Shown here piece by piece: positions 56,237 through 64,000 of a DNA stretch of 64,000 nt. The notes beneath the pieces are model-generated. The model was not told the DNA's origin, ran no database searches, and saw only the letters and a program-made list of their open reading frames with translations. The position numbers were made by a program, and so were the translations under genes. Numbering within the stretch: position 1 is the stretch's first letter; every line of letters starts with the position of its first letter. Source of the stretch: Clostridiales bacterium (GTDB taxonomy: Bacteria; Bacillota; Clostridia; Oscillospirales; CAG-382); NCBI GenBank assembly GCA_004553575.1, contig SFLA01000001.1:30521-94520 (forward strand). The letters run 5' to 3'.

Positions 56237-56761
56237 TTACACATGAGCCTTGAGCCTGCCGAGCAGCTTTATAAGCGGCGGCGCGAGAAAGCCGCAGGCG
56301 AAGTTTCCGGCGGCGTGTATCGCATCGAACGGAAGTCCGGCGGCTATCCAAGCCAGAGTTTGCGAAAGGCCGAATCCCGCAAGAATCGCCTGCGCGGGCG
56401 CGTAAAGCGTACCGAACGCGAGCCCGAACAGCCCGGACACGAGCGGGCAGAAAATATAAGCCCTTTTCCCTTCGAACAGACTGCGGGGCAGCAGCATGAC
56501 CGCCCCCCAAAGCACCGTCCAGACATAAAGATACGGTATCCACCATATGCCGAACCCGTCGAACAGACCGCATAAAAACACGAAGACATATACCGGCGCG
56601 AGCGCCTTCACACGGTATACGACGGTGAACGCCACGATGAACGTTCCGATAAGATGTATGTTCGGCAGCATCTGCATAACCAGCTTCGAAACATACATCA
56701 GAGCGCCGAACATGGCAAACAACACATATTCGGCAATGCGGTTATTCCGCTTTGAGCTCAT
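56237..56761 (-). CDS. ECF-transporter S-component-like membrane protein (possible cobalamin-specific, CbrT-like)
   Basis: 174 aa with about six hydrophobic helices. Overlaps the DUF4430 gene by 20 nt and lies downstream of a putative B12 riboswitch. Confidence 0.5.
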   Translation of the reverse strand: MSSKRNNRIAEYVLFAMFGALMYVSKLVMQMLPNIHLIGTFIVAFTVVYRVKALAPVYVFVFLCGLFDGFGIWWIPYLYVWTVLWGAVMLLPRSLFEGKRAYIFCPLVSGLFGLAFGTLYAPAQAILAGFGLSQTLAWIAAGLPFDAIHAAGNFACGFLAPPLIKLLGRLKAHV

Positions 56762-57197
56762 ACACCTTTGCGGAATCTATGTTTTCACCGTCAACGCCGG
56801 TCATGGCATATTCGCCGTCGATATAGAACGCCCAGTACATTCCGTCGGTATCGTAATCAAGCGTCATTCCGTTTACCGTTTTTACGTACAGGCCGTAATC
56901 GCCCTCCTCGCCGGCAATAAGTCCGGCGGCGACCAGCGCGTCGCCGAGCACGGCTTCGTCGGTGGATACGGTAACGGTTATAGTCCTGTCCTCGGCGGTT
57001 ATCTTAAGTGTAAATACGGTGCCGCCCTCCCCGACCGAAACGTCGGAGTTGTATACGGCGGAAGCCCATATCCCGGATTCCTGCACACTCTCGTTTCCGT
57101 TCGATGTTTCCGGAGTCTCCGGAGCGGTGCAGGCACAGAAGAGCATCGTGACGGTGAGTATCGCAGCAAGCAGCAGCGAAAGCTTTTTGAGATTCAT
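56742..57197 (-). CDS. DUF4430-domain lipoprotein (transcobalamin-like fold family)
   Basis: ATG 57197 with an AAAGGAGAAAA RBS. Lipobox MLFCAC. C-terminal ...GLYVKTVNGMTLDYDTDGMYWAFYIDGEYAMTGVD... is typical of DUF4430. Confidence 0.6.
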   Translation of the reverse strand: MNLKKLSLLLAAILTVTMLFCACTAPETPETSNGNESVQESGIWASAVYNSDVSVGEGGTVFTLKITAEDRTITVTVSTDEAVLGDALVAAGLIAGEEGDYGLYVKTVNGMTLDYDTDGMYWAFYIDGEYAMTGVDGENIDSAKVYELKAE

Positions 57198-57214
57198 TTT
57201 TTGTTTTCTCCTTT

Positions 57215-57480
57215 GTTTTGTTTTTTTGCGCGGAGAAAAGGCGCCCGGTCTCCCCCACGCCGCGGAATGCGCTTCCCGTCCCCGCGCCGGCGGGACAAGG
57301 ACAAACACGGGCGGCGATCTGCCCGGGAGCCGGGCGTGTTTCACGGCATCGCAGGTATTCCGGCTGTCACGGCAATGGCTGTTGCGGCGGGATCACACCG
57401 CGCTTTCCCTGCGGTCGTACGGGGCGCCGGCTGCGCCTTCTCCGTACGGCTCTGTTATAACAAATCGAATGCCGTCGATT
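57215..57480 (-). promoter_or_regulatory. probable cobalamin riboswitch (translational, RBS-sequestering)
   Basis: Minus strand carries cAGGGAAagcgcGGTGtgATCCCGCcGCAAC, then a B12-box-like AGCCGGAATACCTGC (57365-57351). A TTTTCTCC segment is complementary to the GGAGAAAA RBS of the downstream gene. Confidence 0.55.
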
Positions 57481-57499
57481 TTCTCTTGCCACGGAGGTG

Positions 57500-57528
57500 A
57501 TTATACCTTCTTTTTTTCCGCAAGTCAA
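57500..57528 (-). promoter_or_regulatory. sigma-70-type promoter upstream of the riboswitch
   Basis: On the minus strand: TTGACT (57528-57523), 17-nt spacer, TATAAT (57505-57500). Confidence 0.55.
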
Positions 57529-57558
57529 TCCGGGCGGGCGGAATTTTCCGGCTTCCTC

Positions 57559-57587
57559 TTGATTAATTGAAGGATATGTATTATAAT
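57559..57587 (+). promoter_or_regulatory. sigma-70-type promoter for gpmI
   Basis: TTGATT (57559-57564), 17-nt spacer, TATAAT (57582-57587). GGGAGA RBS before ATG 57640. Confidence 0.55.
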
Positions 57588-57639
57588 ATTTCGAATAATG
57601 GAGTTCTGTATCCAAATAATCAATACGGGAGAATGAAAT

Positions 57640-59274
57640 ATGACAGACGTACGCACCGGAAAAGCAAAAACGCCGGTAGTAACTATAGTAATGGACGGCG
57701 TCGGGCTCTGCCCGCGCACCGAGGGAAATGCGGTCGCGGAGGCCGCGACTCCCACGCTCGATATGCTTATGGAGAAATACCCCACCTTCAGCCTTAAGGC
57801 TCACGGAACCGCGGTCGGGCTTCCCACCGACGACGACATGGGCAACAGCGAGGTCGGCCACAATGCCCTGGGCTCCGGCCAGATATTCGCGCAGGGCGCA
57901 AAGCTGGTTTCAAATGCGATCAATTCCGGCAGGCTGTTCGAATCCGACACCTGGAACGAGCTTACGGGTAATGTTAAAAAGACCGGCGGAACCCTTCACT
58001 TCATAGGGCTGTTTTCCGACGGCAACGTGCATTCGCACATAGACCATCTCCGTGCGATGATTGCCGAATGTAAAAAAGAAGGGGTCAAAAACGTAAGAAT
58101 ACATGTCCTGCTTGACGGAAGAGACGTCGGCGAGACGAGCGCGCTCGAATATATCGACCCGTTCGAGGAGTTCCTGTCCTCGCTGCGCGGAGACGGATTC
58201 GACGCCCGTATAGCGTCCGGAGGCGGAAGAATGGTAATAACCATGGACCGCTACGAAGCGAACTGGGGCATGGTGGAGCTCGGCTGGAAAACTCATGTGC
58301 TCGGCGAGGGCAGAGCCTTTGCTTCGGCTCACGAAGCGGTCGAGACCTACCGCGCCGAGACCGGAAAGATCGACCAGGACCTCCCTCCCTTCGTAATTGC
58401 CGAGAACGGCGCTCCGATAGGCAGAATAGAGGACGGCGACAGCGTTATATTCTATAATTTCCGCGGCGACAGAGCGATCGAGATTTCGCGCGCGTTTGAC
58501 GATAAGAATTTCGATAAGTTCGACCGTGTGAGATACCCTTCGGTGGTGTACGCAGGAATGCTTGAGTACGACGGCGACACGCATATCCCGAGCCGGTATC
58601 TCGTGTCCCCGCCCGAGATTTCGAACACGCTCGGCGAATATCTGGTAAGCCTGGGGCTTTCCCAGTACGCGCTGTCCGAAACGCAGAAGTACGGACATGT
58701 CACCTACTTCTGGAACGGAAACCGCAGCGGAAAGTTTTCGGAATCGCTCGAAACCTATGTTGAGATACCGTCGGATACGGTACCGTTCGAGCAGCGCCCG
58801 TGGATGAAGTGCGCCGAGATAACCGATGCTCTTATAGCCGCAATCGAGAGCGGCAGATACGATTTTCTTAGGGTGAATTTCCCCAACGGCGATATGGTCG
58901 GACACACCGGGTCGCTCCGCGCCACCGAGATTGCAATGGAAGCGCTCGACATCTGTCTTGCCCGTATATTAAAAGCCGTAGACAAGGCGGGCGCGGTGGC
59001 GATAATCACCGCCGACCACGGAAATGCCGACGAAATGTACGAATACAACAAAAAGAAGGGCTGCGTGTCGCTCAATGCCGACGGCACCCCCAAGGCAAAG
59101 ACCAGCCATACGCTCAACCCCGTGCCCTGCATTATATACGACAACACGGGCAGAGACGACTATGTCTGCGTGCCGGGCAGCTACGGACTCGCCAACGTTG
59201 CGGCAACCGTGGTGACACTGCTCGGATTCGAACCGAAGTCCATGTGGGAAAAGCCGATGGTACAGCCCAAATAA
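57640..59274 (+). CDS. gpmI: 2,3-bisphosphoglycerate-independent phosphoglycerate mutase
   Basis: 544 aa. N-terminal ...IVMDGVG... and DDDMGNSEVGHNALGSG (catalytic Ser), C-terminal ...ITADHGNAD.... Confidence 0.9.
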   Translation: MTDVRTGKAKTPVVTIVMDGVGLCPRTEGNAVAEAATPTLDMLMEKYPTFSLKAHGTAVGLPTDDDMGNSEVGHNALGSGQIFAQGAKLVSNAINSGRLFESDTWNELTGNVKKTGGTLHFIGLFSDGNVHSHIDHLRAMIAECKKEGVKNVRIHVLLDGRDVGETSALEYIDPFEEFLSSLRGDGFDARIASGGGRMVITMDRYEANWGMVELGWKTHVLGEGRAFASAHEAVETYRAETGKIDQDLPPFVIAENGAPIGRIEDGDSVIFYNFRGDRAIEISRAFDDKNFDKFDRVRYPSVVYAGMLEYDGDTHIPSRYLVSPPEISNTLGEYLVSLGLSQYALSETQKYGHVTYFWNGNRSGKFSESLETYVEIPSDTVPFEQRPWMKCAEITDALIAAIESGRYDFLRVNFPNGDMVGHTGSLRATEIAMEALDICLARILKAVDKAGAVAIITADHGNADEMYEYNKKKGCVSLNADGTPKAKTSHTLNPVPCIIYDNTGRDDYVCVPGSYGLANVAATVVTLLGFEPKSMWEKPMVQPK

Positions 59275-59298
59275 ACCGCTATACAAAGGATTGCCGAC

Positions 59299-60009
59299 AT
59301 GATAATCGATATCATACAAACCGTATTGAGCGGCGGCGACGTCGTTCCCCTTATACTGATGCTGCTGCTTATGGTTCCTCTGCTGCTCATATCGCTCAGT
59401 GTGCACGAGGCGGCGCACGGCTGGATGGCGCACAAATGCGGGGACGATACCGCATATATCAGCGGAAGAGTGTCGCTGAACCCTCTGGCACATCTCGATC
59501 CGATCGGCTTTCTTATGCTCATAACCGTCGGATTCGGCTGGGCGAAGCCGGTTCCGGTCAACTACCGCTATCTGCGCAACCCCAAGCGCGACATCGCGCT
59601 GGTATCGCTGGCGGGGCCGGTGTCCAATATCATACTCTGCTTTTTGTGCACCGGCGTTTATGTTGCGGCCGAGCGGTTTCTCGGCGGGACGGTCGTCGGC
59701 ATGGTGCTTCGCCTGGCGTTTATGATTTCGGCAACCCTTAACGCCGGACTTGCCGTATTCAACCTTATTCCTCTGCCCCCGCTTGACGGATCGAAGGTGC
59801 TGTCCTGTCTGCTTCCCCCGAACACTGCGGCGAAATATCTTATGCTCGAGCGCTACTTCCGCTATATCATGCTCGCGCTGATATTCGCTTCGTATGTTCC
59901 GGTGCTCGGCAGGATCGCCGACATTATATGGACTCCGATATCGCTGGTCAGGCAGTTGCTGACGGGAGGGTTCTATTCCCTGTTCTCGTTTATCTTCGGT
60001 CTGTTCTGA
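59299..60009 (+). CDS. site-2 protease-family (M50) membrane metalloprotease
   Basis: HEAAHGWMAH (HExxH) inside a TM helix, a later NLIPLPPLDGSK motif, multiple TM segments. Confidence 0.8.
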   Translation: MIIDIIQTVLSGGDVVPLILMLLLMVPLLLISLSVHEAAHGWMAHKCGDDTAYISGRVSLNPLAHLDPIGFLMLITVGFGWAKPVPVNYRYLRNPKRDIALVSLAGPVSNIILCFLCTGVYVAAERFLGGTVVGMVLRLAFMISATLNAGLAVFNLIPLPPLDGSKVLSCLLPPNTAAKYLMLERYFRYIMLALIFASYVPVLGRIADIIWTPISLVRQLLTGGFYSLFSFIFGLF

Positions 60010-60011
60010 TT

Positions 60012-60728
60012 ATGGAGGAAAAAATTGTCCGTATAGAGCAGTACGAGGGTCCGCTCGACCTGCTGCTCGCGCTTATACAGAAGCATAAAATAGATATACT
60101 CGATATACCCATTGCCGATATATGTACCCAGTACATGGAGTATATAGACACCCTGCGGGAGCATGCAATGGAGGTCACCGGCGAGTTTATAGTAATGGGC
60201 GCACAGCTTATGCTTATAAAATCGCGGATGCTGCTTCCGCGCGACGAGGAGGACGAAGATCCGCGGCGCGAGCTGGTGGACGCGCTGCTCGAGCACCGCA
60301 GGGCGGTACTGGCGGCACAGCTCCTGCGCGAGCGCGCCGAGACATACTTCGACCGCTTTACAAAAGAACCCGACGAGCTCCCGCCCGAGAGCTATTCGCG
60401 TCTGCACCCGGTTTCGCTGCTTACCGAGGCGTTCGCACGGCTGGCAAGCAGAATGTCGGAAGCAGAACTGCCCGAGCCCGAGCTTTTTGAAAAGCTGGAA
60501 TCCGAGCGGTATTTTACGGTGGACGAGAAGGTCCTGCACATTTCAAAAAGGCTTTCGCGCCTGCGCAGCTGCCGGTTTTCGGTAATGTTCGACGATTGCC
60601 GCAGCCGGGGCGAGATAGTTGCTACCTTTCTCGCACTGCTCGAAATGGTTAAAAGCGGGTCGGTGTCGGTCCTGCGCGAGGGCGACGAGACCTATCTCGA
60701 AATGCAACCCGAGGAGATGCAGATATGA
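60012..60728 (+). CDS. scpA: segregation and condensation protein A
   Basis: ATG 60012 (MEEKIVRIEQYEGPLDLLLALIQKHKIDILDIPIA...). ORF-track start 59928 overlaps the protease gene. Confidence 0.9.
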   Translation: MEEKIVRIEQYEGPLDLLLALIQKHKIDILDIPIADICTQYMEYIDTLREHAMEVTGEFIVMGAQLMLIKSRMLLPRDEEDEDPRRELVDALLEHRRAVLAAQLLRERAETYFDRFTKEPDELPPESYSRLHPVSLLTEAFARLASRMSEAELPEPELFEKLESERYFTVDEKVLHISKRLSRLRSCRFSVMFDDCRSRGEIVATFLALLEMVKSGSVSVLREGDETYLEMQPEEMQI

Positions 60729-61285
60729 ATATTTCCGCGCTTACTGCCTTGCTCGAGGCGGTGCTGTTCGCCTGCGGAAGTCCGGTCACCGACGAAAGAC
60801 TTTCCGAGGTGCTGGAGGTATCGCGGACGGATATAGCCGCGGCGGCGGAGGAGCTTAAGAAAAAAACCGATTCTCCCGACAGCGGCATACAGCTTATATA
60901 CCTTGACGGCGCTTACCAGCTTTGTACCAAAAGCTGCACCGCCGATGTGGTGCGTAAGGCTCTCGAGCTCCGGAAAACGCCTCCGCTGTCAAAGGCGGCG
61001 CTCGAGGTGCTTGCGATAGTCGCATACAATCAGCCGGTAACCCGTTCCTTTATCGAAACGGTGCGCGGAGTGGATTCGGCATATGTGGTAGGCTCTCTGC
61101 TCGATAAGGGTCTGCTCTGCGAAAAGGGAGTGCTTGACGCGCCCGGCAAACCGACTCTGCTCGGCACCGGCGAGGGATTCCTGCGCTGCTTCGGACTTGA
61201 AAGTCTTTCGGATTTGCCCGACGCTTCGCTTCTGTGCGAATCCGCCGAAACGGTCGGCAGTCTTATCCCGGAGGACGAACAGTGA
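60725..61285 (+). CDS. scpB: segregation and condensation protein B
   Basis: ATGA overlap with scpA. Tandem winged-helix pattern (ALLEAVLFACGSPV...; LSKAALEVLAIVAYNQPVTRSFIETVRG). Confidence 0.9.
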   Translation: MNISALTALLEAVLFACGSPVTDERLSEVLEVSRTDIAAAAEELKKKTDSPDSGIQLIYLDGAYQLCTKSCTADVVRKALELRKTPPLSKAALEVLAIVAYNQPVTRSFIETVRGVDSAYVVGSLLDKGLLCEKGVLDAPGKPTLLGTGEGFLRCFGLESLSDLPDASLLCESAETVGSLIPEDEQ

Positions 61286-61911
61286 CCGCCCTGTATATCA
61301 TTCTCGGGGTTATTGGCTTTATACTGCTTATCACGGCGGCGGTGCTCGCAGCAAAGGTGACCGTAGGCGTTTCCTGGTGCGGAGATTTTGTGTTTTCGCT
61401 TTCGGTAGGCGGGATATTCCGCAAAAGCTTTACTGCCGGCGATATAAAAAGCATTACGTCAAAGCAGCCGGAAAAACCGGCAGCAAAAAAGAAAGAAAAA
61501 AAGAAAAAGAAGAAGCCGGCAGAGCCCGGGGAGAGCAGGCTGCCGCTCACCGAACAGCTCGAGATATACAAAAGAGTTATCGCCGCCGCGGTAAAGCACG
61601 TCGGGAAGAAGCTTGTAATCGAAAAATACGTGCTTAAGCTCCGCATAGGGACCGAGGATCCGGCGGCATGCGCCGTTATATACGGCGCCGCATGCGGTAC
61701 GGCGGCGGAGCTGCTGCGGCTGGTGCTTTCGCTGAGGCGGGCAGGAGGAGCCGAGATATATTCCGAGTGTATACCGGACTTCCTTTCGGGAGAGACCGAC
61801 GTATATGCCGACGCGGCGCTTTCGCTCCGGGTGATATACGGAGCAGTCGCCTTCCTTAAGATAATCAGAATTCTGAATACCGACCCAAAAGCTAAGGAGA
61901 AAACGAAATGA
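61282..61911 (+). CDS. DUF2953-family sporulation membrane protein (YtfI-like)
   Basis: GTG 61282 overlaps the scpB stop (GTGA). N-terminal TM LYIILGVIGFILLITAAVLAA and a Lys-rich linker. Followed by a ytfJ/gerW homologue, as in Bacillus ytfI-ytfJ. Confidence 0.6.
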   Translation: MTALYIILGVIGFILLITAAVLAAKVTVGVSWCGDFVFSLSVGGIFRKSFTAGDIKSITSKQPEKPAAKKKEKKKKKKPAEPGESRLPLTEQLEIYKRVIAAAVKHVGKKLVIEKYVLKLRIGTEDPAACAVIYGAACGTAAELLRLVLSLRRAGGAEIYSECIPDFLSGETDVYADAALSLRVIYGAVAFLKIIRILNTDPKAKEKTK

Positions 61912-62375
61912 ACGATATCCCGCTTAAACAAATCATCGAATCGACCCTCGCAAAAATCGGATCCGTCGCCGATGTCAACACGGTAATAGGCGACCCGATA
62001 ACCATCGACGGAGGGATAACCGTCGTACCGTTTTCAAAGGTATCTGTCGGCTTCGCCTCGGGCGGAGTCGATTACGACGGCAAGAACCCGTCTCCGGACA
62101 AGGCGCCGCACTTCGCCGGCGGCAACGGCGCAGGCGTGTGCGTAACACCGCTCGGCTTCCTGCTTATACAGAACGGAGAGGTTCGTCTGCTCGACCTTAA
62201 AAACCCCGCGTCGTACGATTATCCGCCGCAGGATCCGGTAAGCAAAACCATTACGGCTATCAATTCTCTTGTGGACCGCGCTCCCGAGCTTGTGCTGAAG
62301 GTAAAAGACATGATAAAAAAGCAGCCCGGGGAGCAGGACGACCCGGCCGCCGAATCGGACGCCGAAGCGGAATAA
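61908..62375 (+). CDS. ytfJ: GerW/YtfJ-family sporulation protein
   Basis: ...VIGDPITIDGGITVVPFSKVSVGFASGG... and ...GGNGAGVCVTPLGFLLI... are typical of the GerW family. ATGA overlap with the upstream gene. Confidence 0.8.
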   Translation: MNDIPLKQIIESTLAKIGSVADVNTVIGDPITIDGGITVVPFSKVSVGFASGGVDYDGKNPSPDKAPHFAGGNGAGVCVTPLGFLLIQNGEVRLLDLKNPASYDYPPQDPVSKTITAINSLVDRAPELVLKVKDMIKKQPGEQDDPAAESDAEAE

Positions 62376-62426
62376 GTAATTTTCGTGCCGCCCGCGCACA
62401 TATAATTGTTCGGGTGAAACGAAAAT

Positions 62427-63575
62427 ATGAAAAAAATATTCGCTCTCATGCTCGTGTGGGCAGTGCTTTCGCTGCCGCTGTTTCCCGCCGCAGACAGCCG
62501 GCCGGCGTTCGCGGCGGAATCGCGCACATACAATCCGCGTGCCTATTGCATATCCGGCACGCTGGGGATCTCGGCATCGTCCGCGGTGCTTATCTGCTCG
62601 GACGGAACTGTGCTGTATTCCCAATCCGACGGAGTGCGTATGGGCTGTGCGAGCACTACCAAATTAATGACGGCGCTGGTAGCATGCGATCTGCTTTACC
62701 CGGACACGACGGTAACCGTCCCTAAGGAAGCATGCGGAATCGAGGGCAGTTCGATATATCTCACCGAAGGTGAGCGTCTTACCGTGCGGGAGCTGCTGCT
62801 CGGACTTATGCTCGAATCCGGAAACGACTGCGCCGCCGCTCTGGCTTATGCCGCCTGCGGAAGTATCGAGGCTTTTACCGACGAGATGAACGCGAAGGCG
62901 GAAGCTATCGGTCTCGGGGACACACACTTTGTCAATCCGCACGGGCTCCCGGACGAAAACCATTATACCACCGCCTACGACCTGGCGCTCATCACCGCCG
63001 AGGCAATAAAGATCCCGCTTATCCGAGATACGATTTCCACGCAAAAGGCGTATATACCCTACCGGGGAATCGAGCGCGGCAGACTGCTTATCAATCATAA
63101 CCGGCTGCTCGGCAGCTACGACGGAATGATCGGCGGAAAGACCGGCTTTACCCGCGCGGACGGGAGATGTCTCGCAACCGCGGCGGAGAGAAACGGTCTT
63201 ACGCTTATTGCCGTCACCCTGTCCGCCCCGAACGACTGGCAGGATCACCGCATACTGTTGGATTACGGTTTTTCCGGATTCGCGGCGGTCACGCTTGCCG
63301 CCGACGGAGAATATTCGTTTTCGCTTCCGGTTGCCGGAACGGAAAAAACCGTCCGTGTATCCTGCGGCGAGCTTACCGTCTGTCTGCCGTCGGGAACGGT
63401 CGCAGAGACCGCGGTATCCCTGCCGAGATTCCTGTACGCGCCGGTTTGCGCGGGGGATATCGTCGGGCAGGTGGTGTTCACCGCAGGCGGGAACGAATAC
63501 GCGGTTCCGCTCAGGGCGGAATACGGTGTCGATGCTCCGCGAAGATCGCTTATCGACCGCCTGTTCGGAGGATGA
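62427..63575 (+). CDS. D-alanyl-D-alanine carboxypeptidase (peptidase S11, DacB/DacF-like)
   Basis: Signal peptide. SxxK (ASTTK), SxN (ESGND), KTG (GKTGFT), and a C-terminal beta-sandwich domain. Confidence 0.85.
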   Translation: MKKIFALMLVWAVLSLPLFPAADSRPAFAAESRTYNPRAYCISGTLGISASSAVLICSDGTVLYSQSDGVRMGCASTTKLMTALVACDLLYPDTTVTVPKEACGIEGSSIYLTEGERLTVRELLLGLMLESGNDCAAALAYAACGSIEAFTDEMNAKAEAIGLGDTHFVNPHGLPDENHYTTAYDLALITAEAIKIPLIRDTISTQKAYIPYRGIERGRLLINHNRLLGSYDGMIGGKTGFTRADGRCLATAAERNGLTLIAVTLSAPNDWQDHRILLDYGFSGFAAVTLAADGEYSFSLPVAGTEKTVRVSCGELTVCLPSGTVAETAVSLPRFLYAPVCAGDIVGQVVFTAGGNEYAVPLRAEYGVDAPRRSLIDRLFGG

Positions 63576-63596
63576 CGAAAGGATAAGACTGAAAAT

Positions 63597-64000
63597 TTGG
63601 AAAGAATACAGAAGTACGTGTCCGCCTGCGGACTTATGTCGCGCAGAGCGGCGGAAAAAGAGATAAAGAACGGAGCGTTTACGGTTAACGGGAAAACCGC
63701 CGTAATAGGACAGCCGGTCGGCAGGAACGACGCGGTGTGCTATAAAGGAACTCCGGTTCTGCCCCAAAAGAAGTTCACCACCGTACTGCTCAACAAGCCC
63801 GCCGGATACGTTACCACGCTTTCGGACGAAAAGGGCAGAAAAACGGTCGCCGAGCTGATCGATCTCCCGGAGAGGCTGTACCCGGCAGGCAGGCTGGACA
63901 TGGACAGCGAGGGAATGCTTATAATGACCAACGACGGCGAGCTGGCAAACCGCATCACACACCCTTCGGGCGAAAAGAAAAAGGTTTACCACGTCTGGCT
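63597..64000 (+). CDS. rluB: pseudouridine synthase RluB/RsuA family (3' end outside window)
   Basis: Not in the ORF track because no stop falls in the window. The frame opens after TGA 63573-63575, with a candidate TTG start at 63597. Translation ERIQKYVSACGLMSRRAAEKEIKNGAFTVNG (S4 domain) ...LNKPAGYVTT...YPAGRLDMDSEGMLIMTNDGELANRITHP (catalytic Asp motif). Confidence 0.8.
   Translation, partial: MERIQKYVSACGLMSRRAAEKEIKNGAFTVNGKTAVIGQPVGRNDAVCYKGTPVLPQKKFTTVLLNKPAGYVTTLSDEKGRKTVAELIDLPERLYPAGRLDMDSEGMLIMTNDGELANRITHPSGEKKKVYHVW

Noticed and set aside
61480-61520. Purine-rich A/G run (aaaaaagaaagaaaaaaagaaaaagaagaag) inside the DUF2953 gene, considered as a slippage or phase-variation tract.
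   Set aside because: - The run is interrupted by G residues; the longest homopolymer is about 7 nt.
- It encodes an in-frame Lys-rich linker (KKKEKKKKKK) plausible for a membrane-proximal segment.
- There is no evidence of a frameshift.

Overview
GC-rich, almost fully coding chromosomal segment of about 60 genes. Gene content suggests a spore-forming Clostridia-type Firmicute; that taxon is inference. I saw no rRNA, tRNA, CRISPR array, transposase, integrase or recognisable defence island.

Layout, left to right:
- 1-3.7 kb: cell-envelope genes (class A beta-lactamase-like hydrolase, GT-C-like membrane protein, tandem NodB deacetylase).
- 3.8-13.7 kb: housekeeping block (NlpC/P60, miaB, ymcA-like, mutS, mutL, tgt, proS).
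- 13.9-16.2 kb: tail-anchored surface protein built from InlB-B-type repeats.
- 16.3-29.6 kb: 11-gene, translationally coupled plus-strand operon. It runs from a PF14907-like nucleotidyltransferase, an ABC exporter and an S24/S26-like peptidase into capsule/EPS control genes: CpsB phosphatase, an Ig-like membrane protein, two tandem fused Wzz-BY-kinases, a CapD-like dehydratase, a metallophosphoesterase and a discoidin/DUF4434-like lipoprotein. It contains no glycosyltransferase, flippase or polymerase.
- 29.6-31.7 kb: U32 peptidase.
- 31.8-38.4 kb: complete F1Fo atp operon, with an 88-aa epsilon subunit.
- 39.8-46.5 kb: PadR-controlled minus-strand operon encoding AMP-ligase, SPT-like alpha-oxoamine synthase, SDR, ACP and a second AMP-ligase. 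I read this as a sphingoid-like amino-lipid or signal pathway with no described equivalent in Firmicutes. It is my top candidate for something new.
- 46.6-56.2 kb: nusB-xseA-xseB-ispA-[745-nt noncoding gap]-4-TM protein-dxs-tlyA-nadK-argR-recN operon. The gap and the membrane protein fit the OLE RNA / OapA locus.
- 56.2-57.5 kb: probable cobalamin riboswitch upstream of a DUF4430 lipoprotein and an ECF S-component.
- 57.6-64.0 kb: gpmI, M50 protease, scpA, scpB, ytfI/ytfJ-like sporulation genes, a D,D-carboxypeptidase and the 5' part of rluB.

Several near-consensus sigma-70-type promoters (17-nt spacers) and rho-independent terminators bracket these units. All family assignments come from motifs read by eye; no database search was run.
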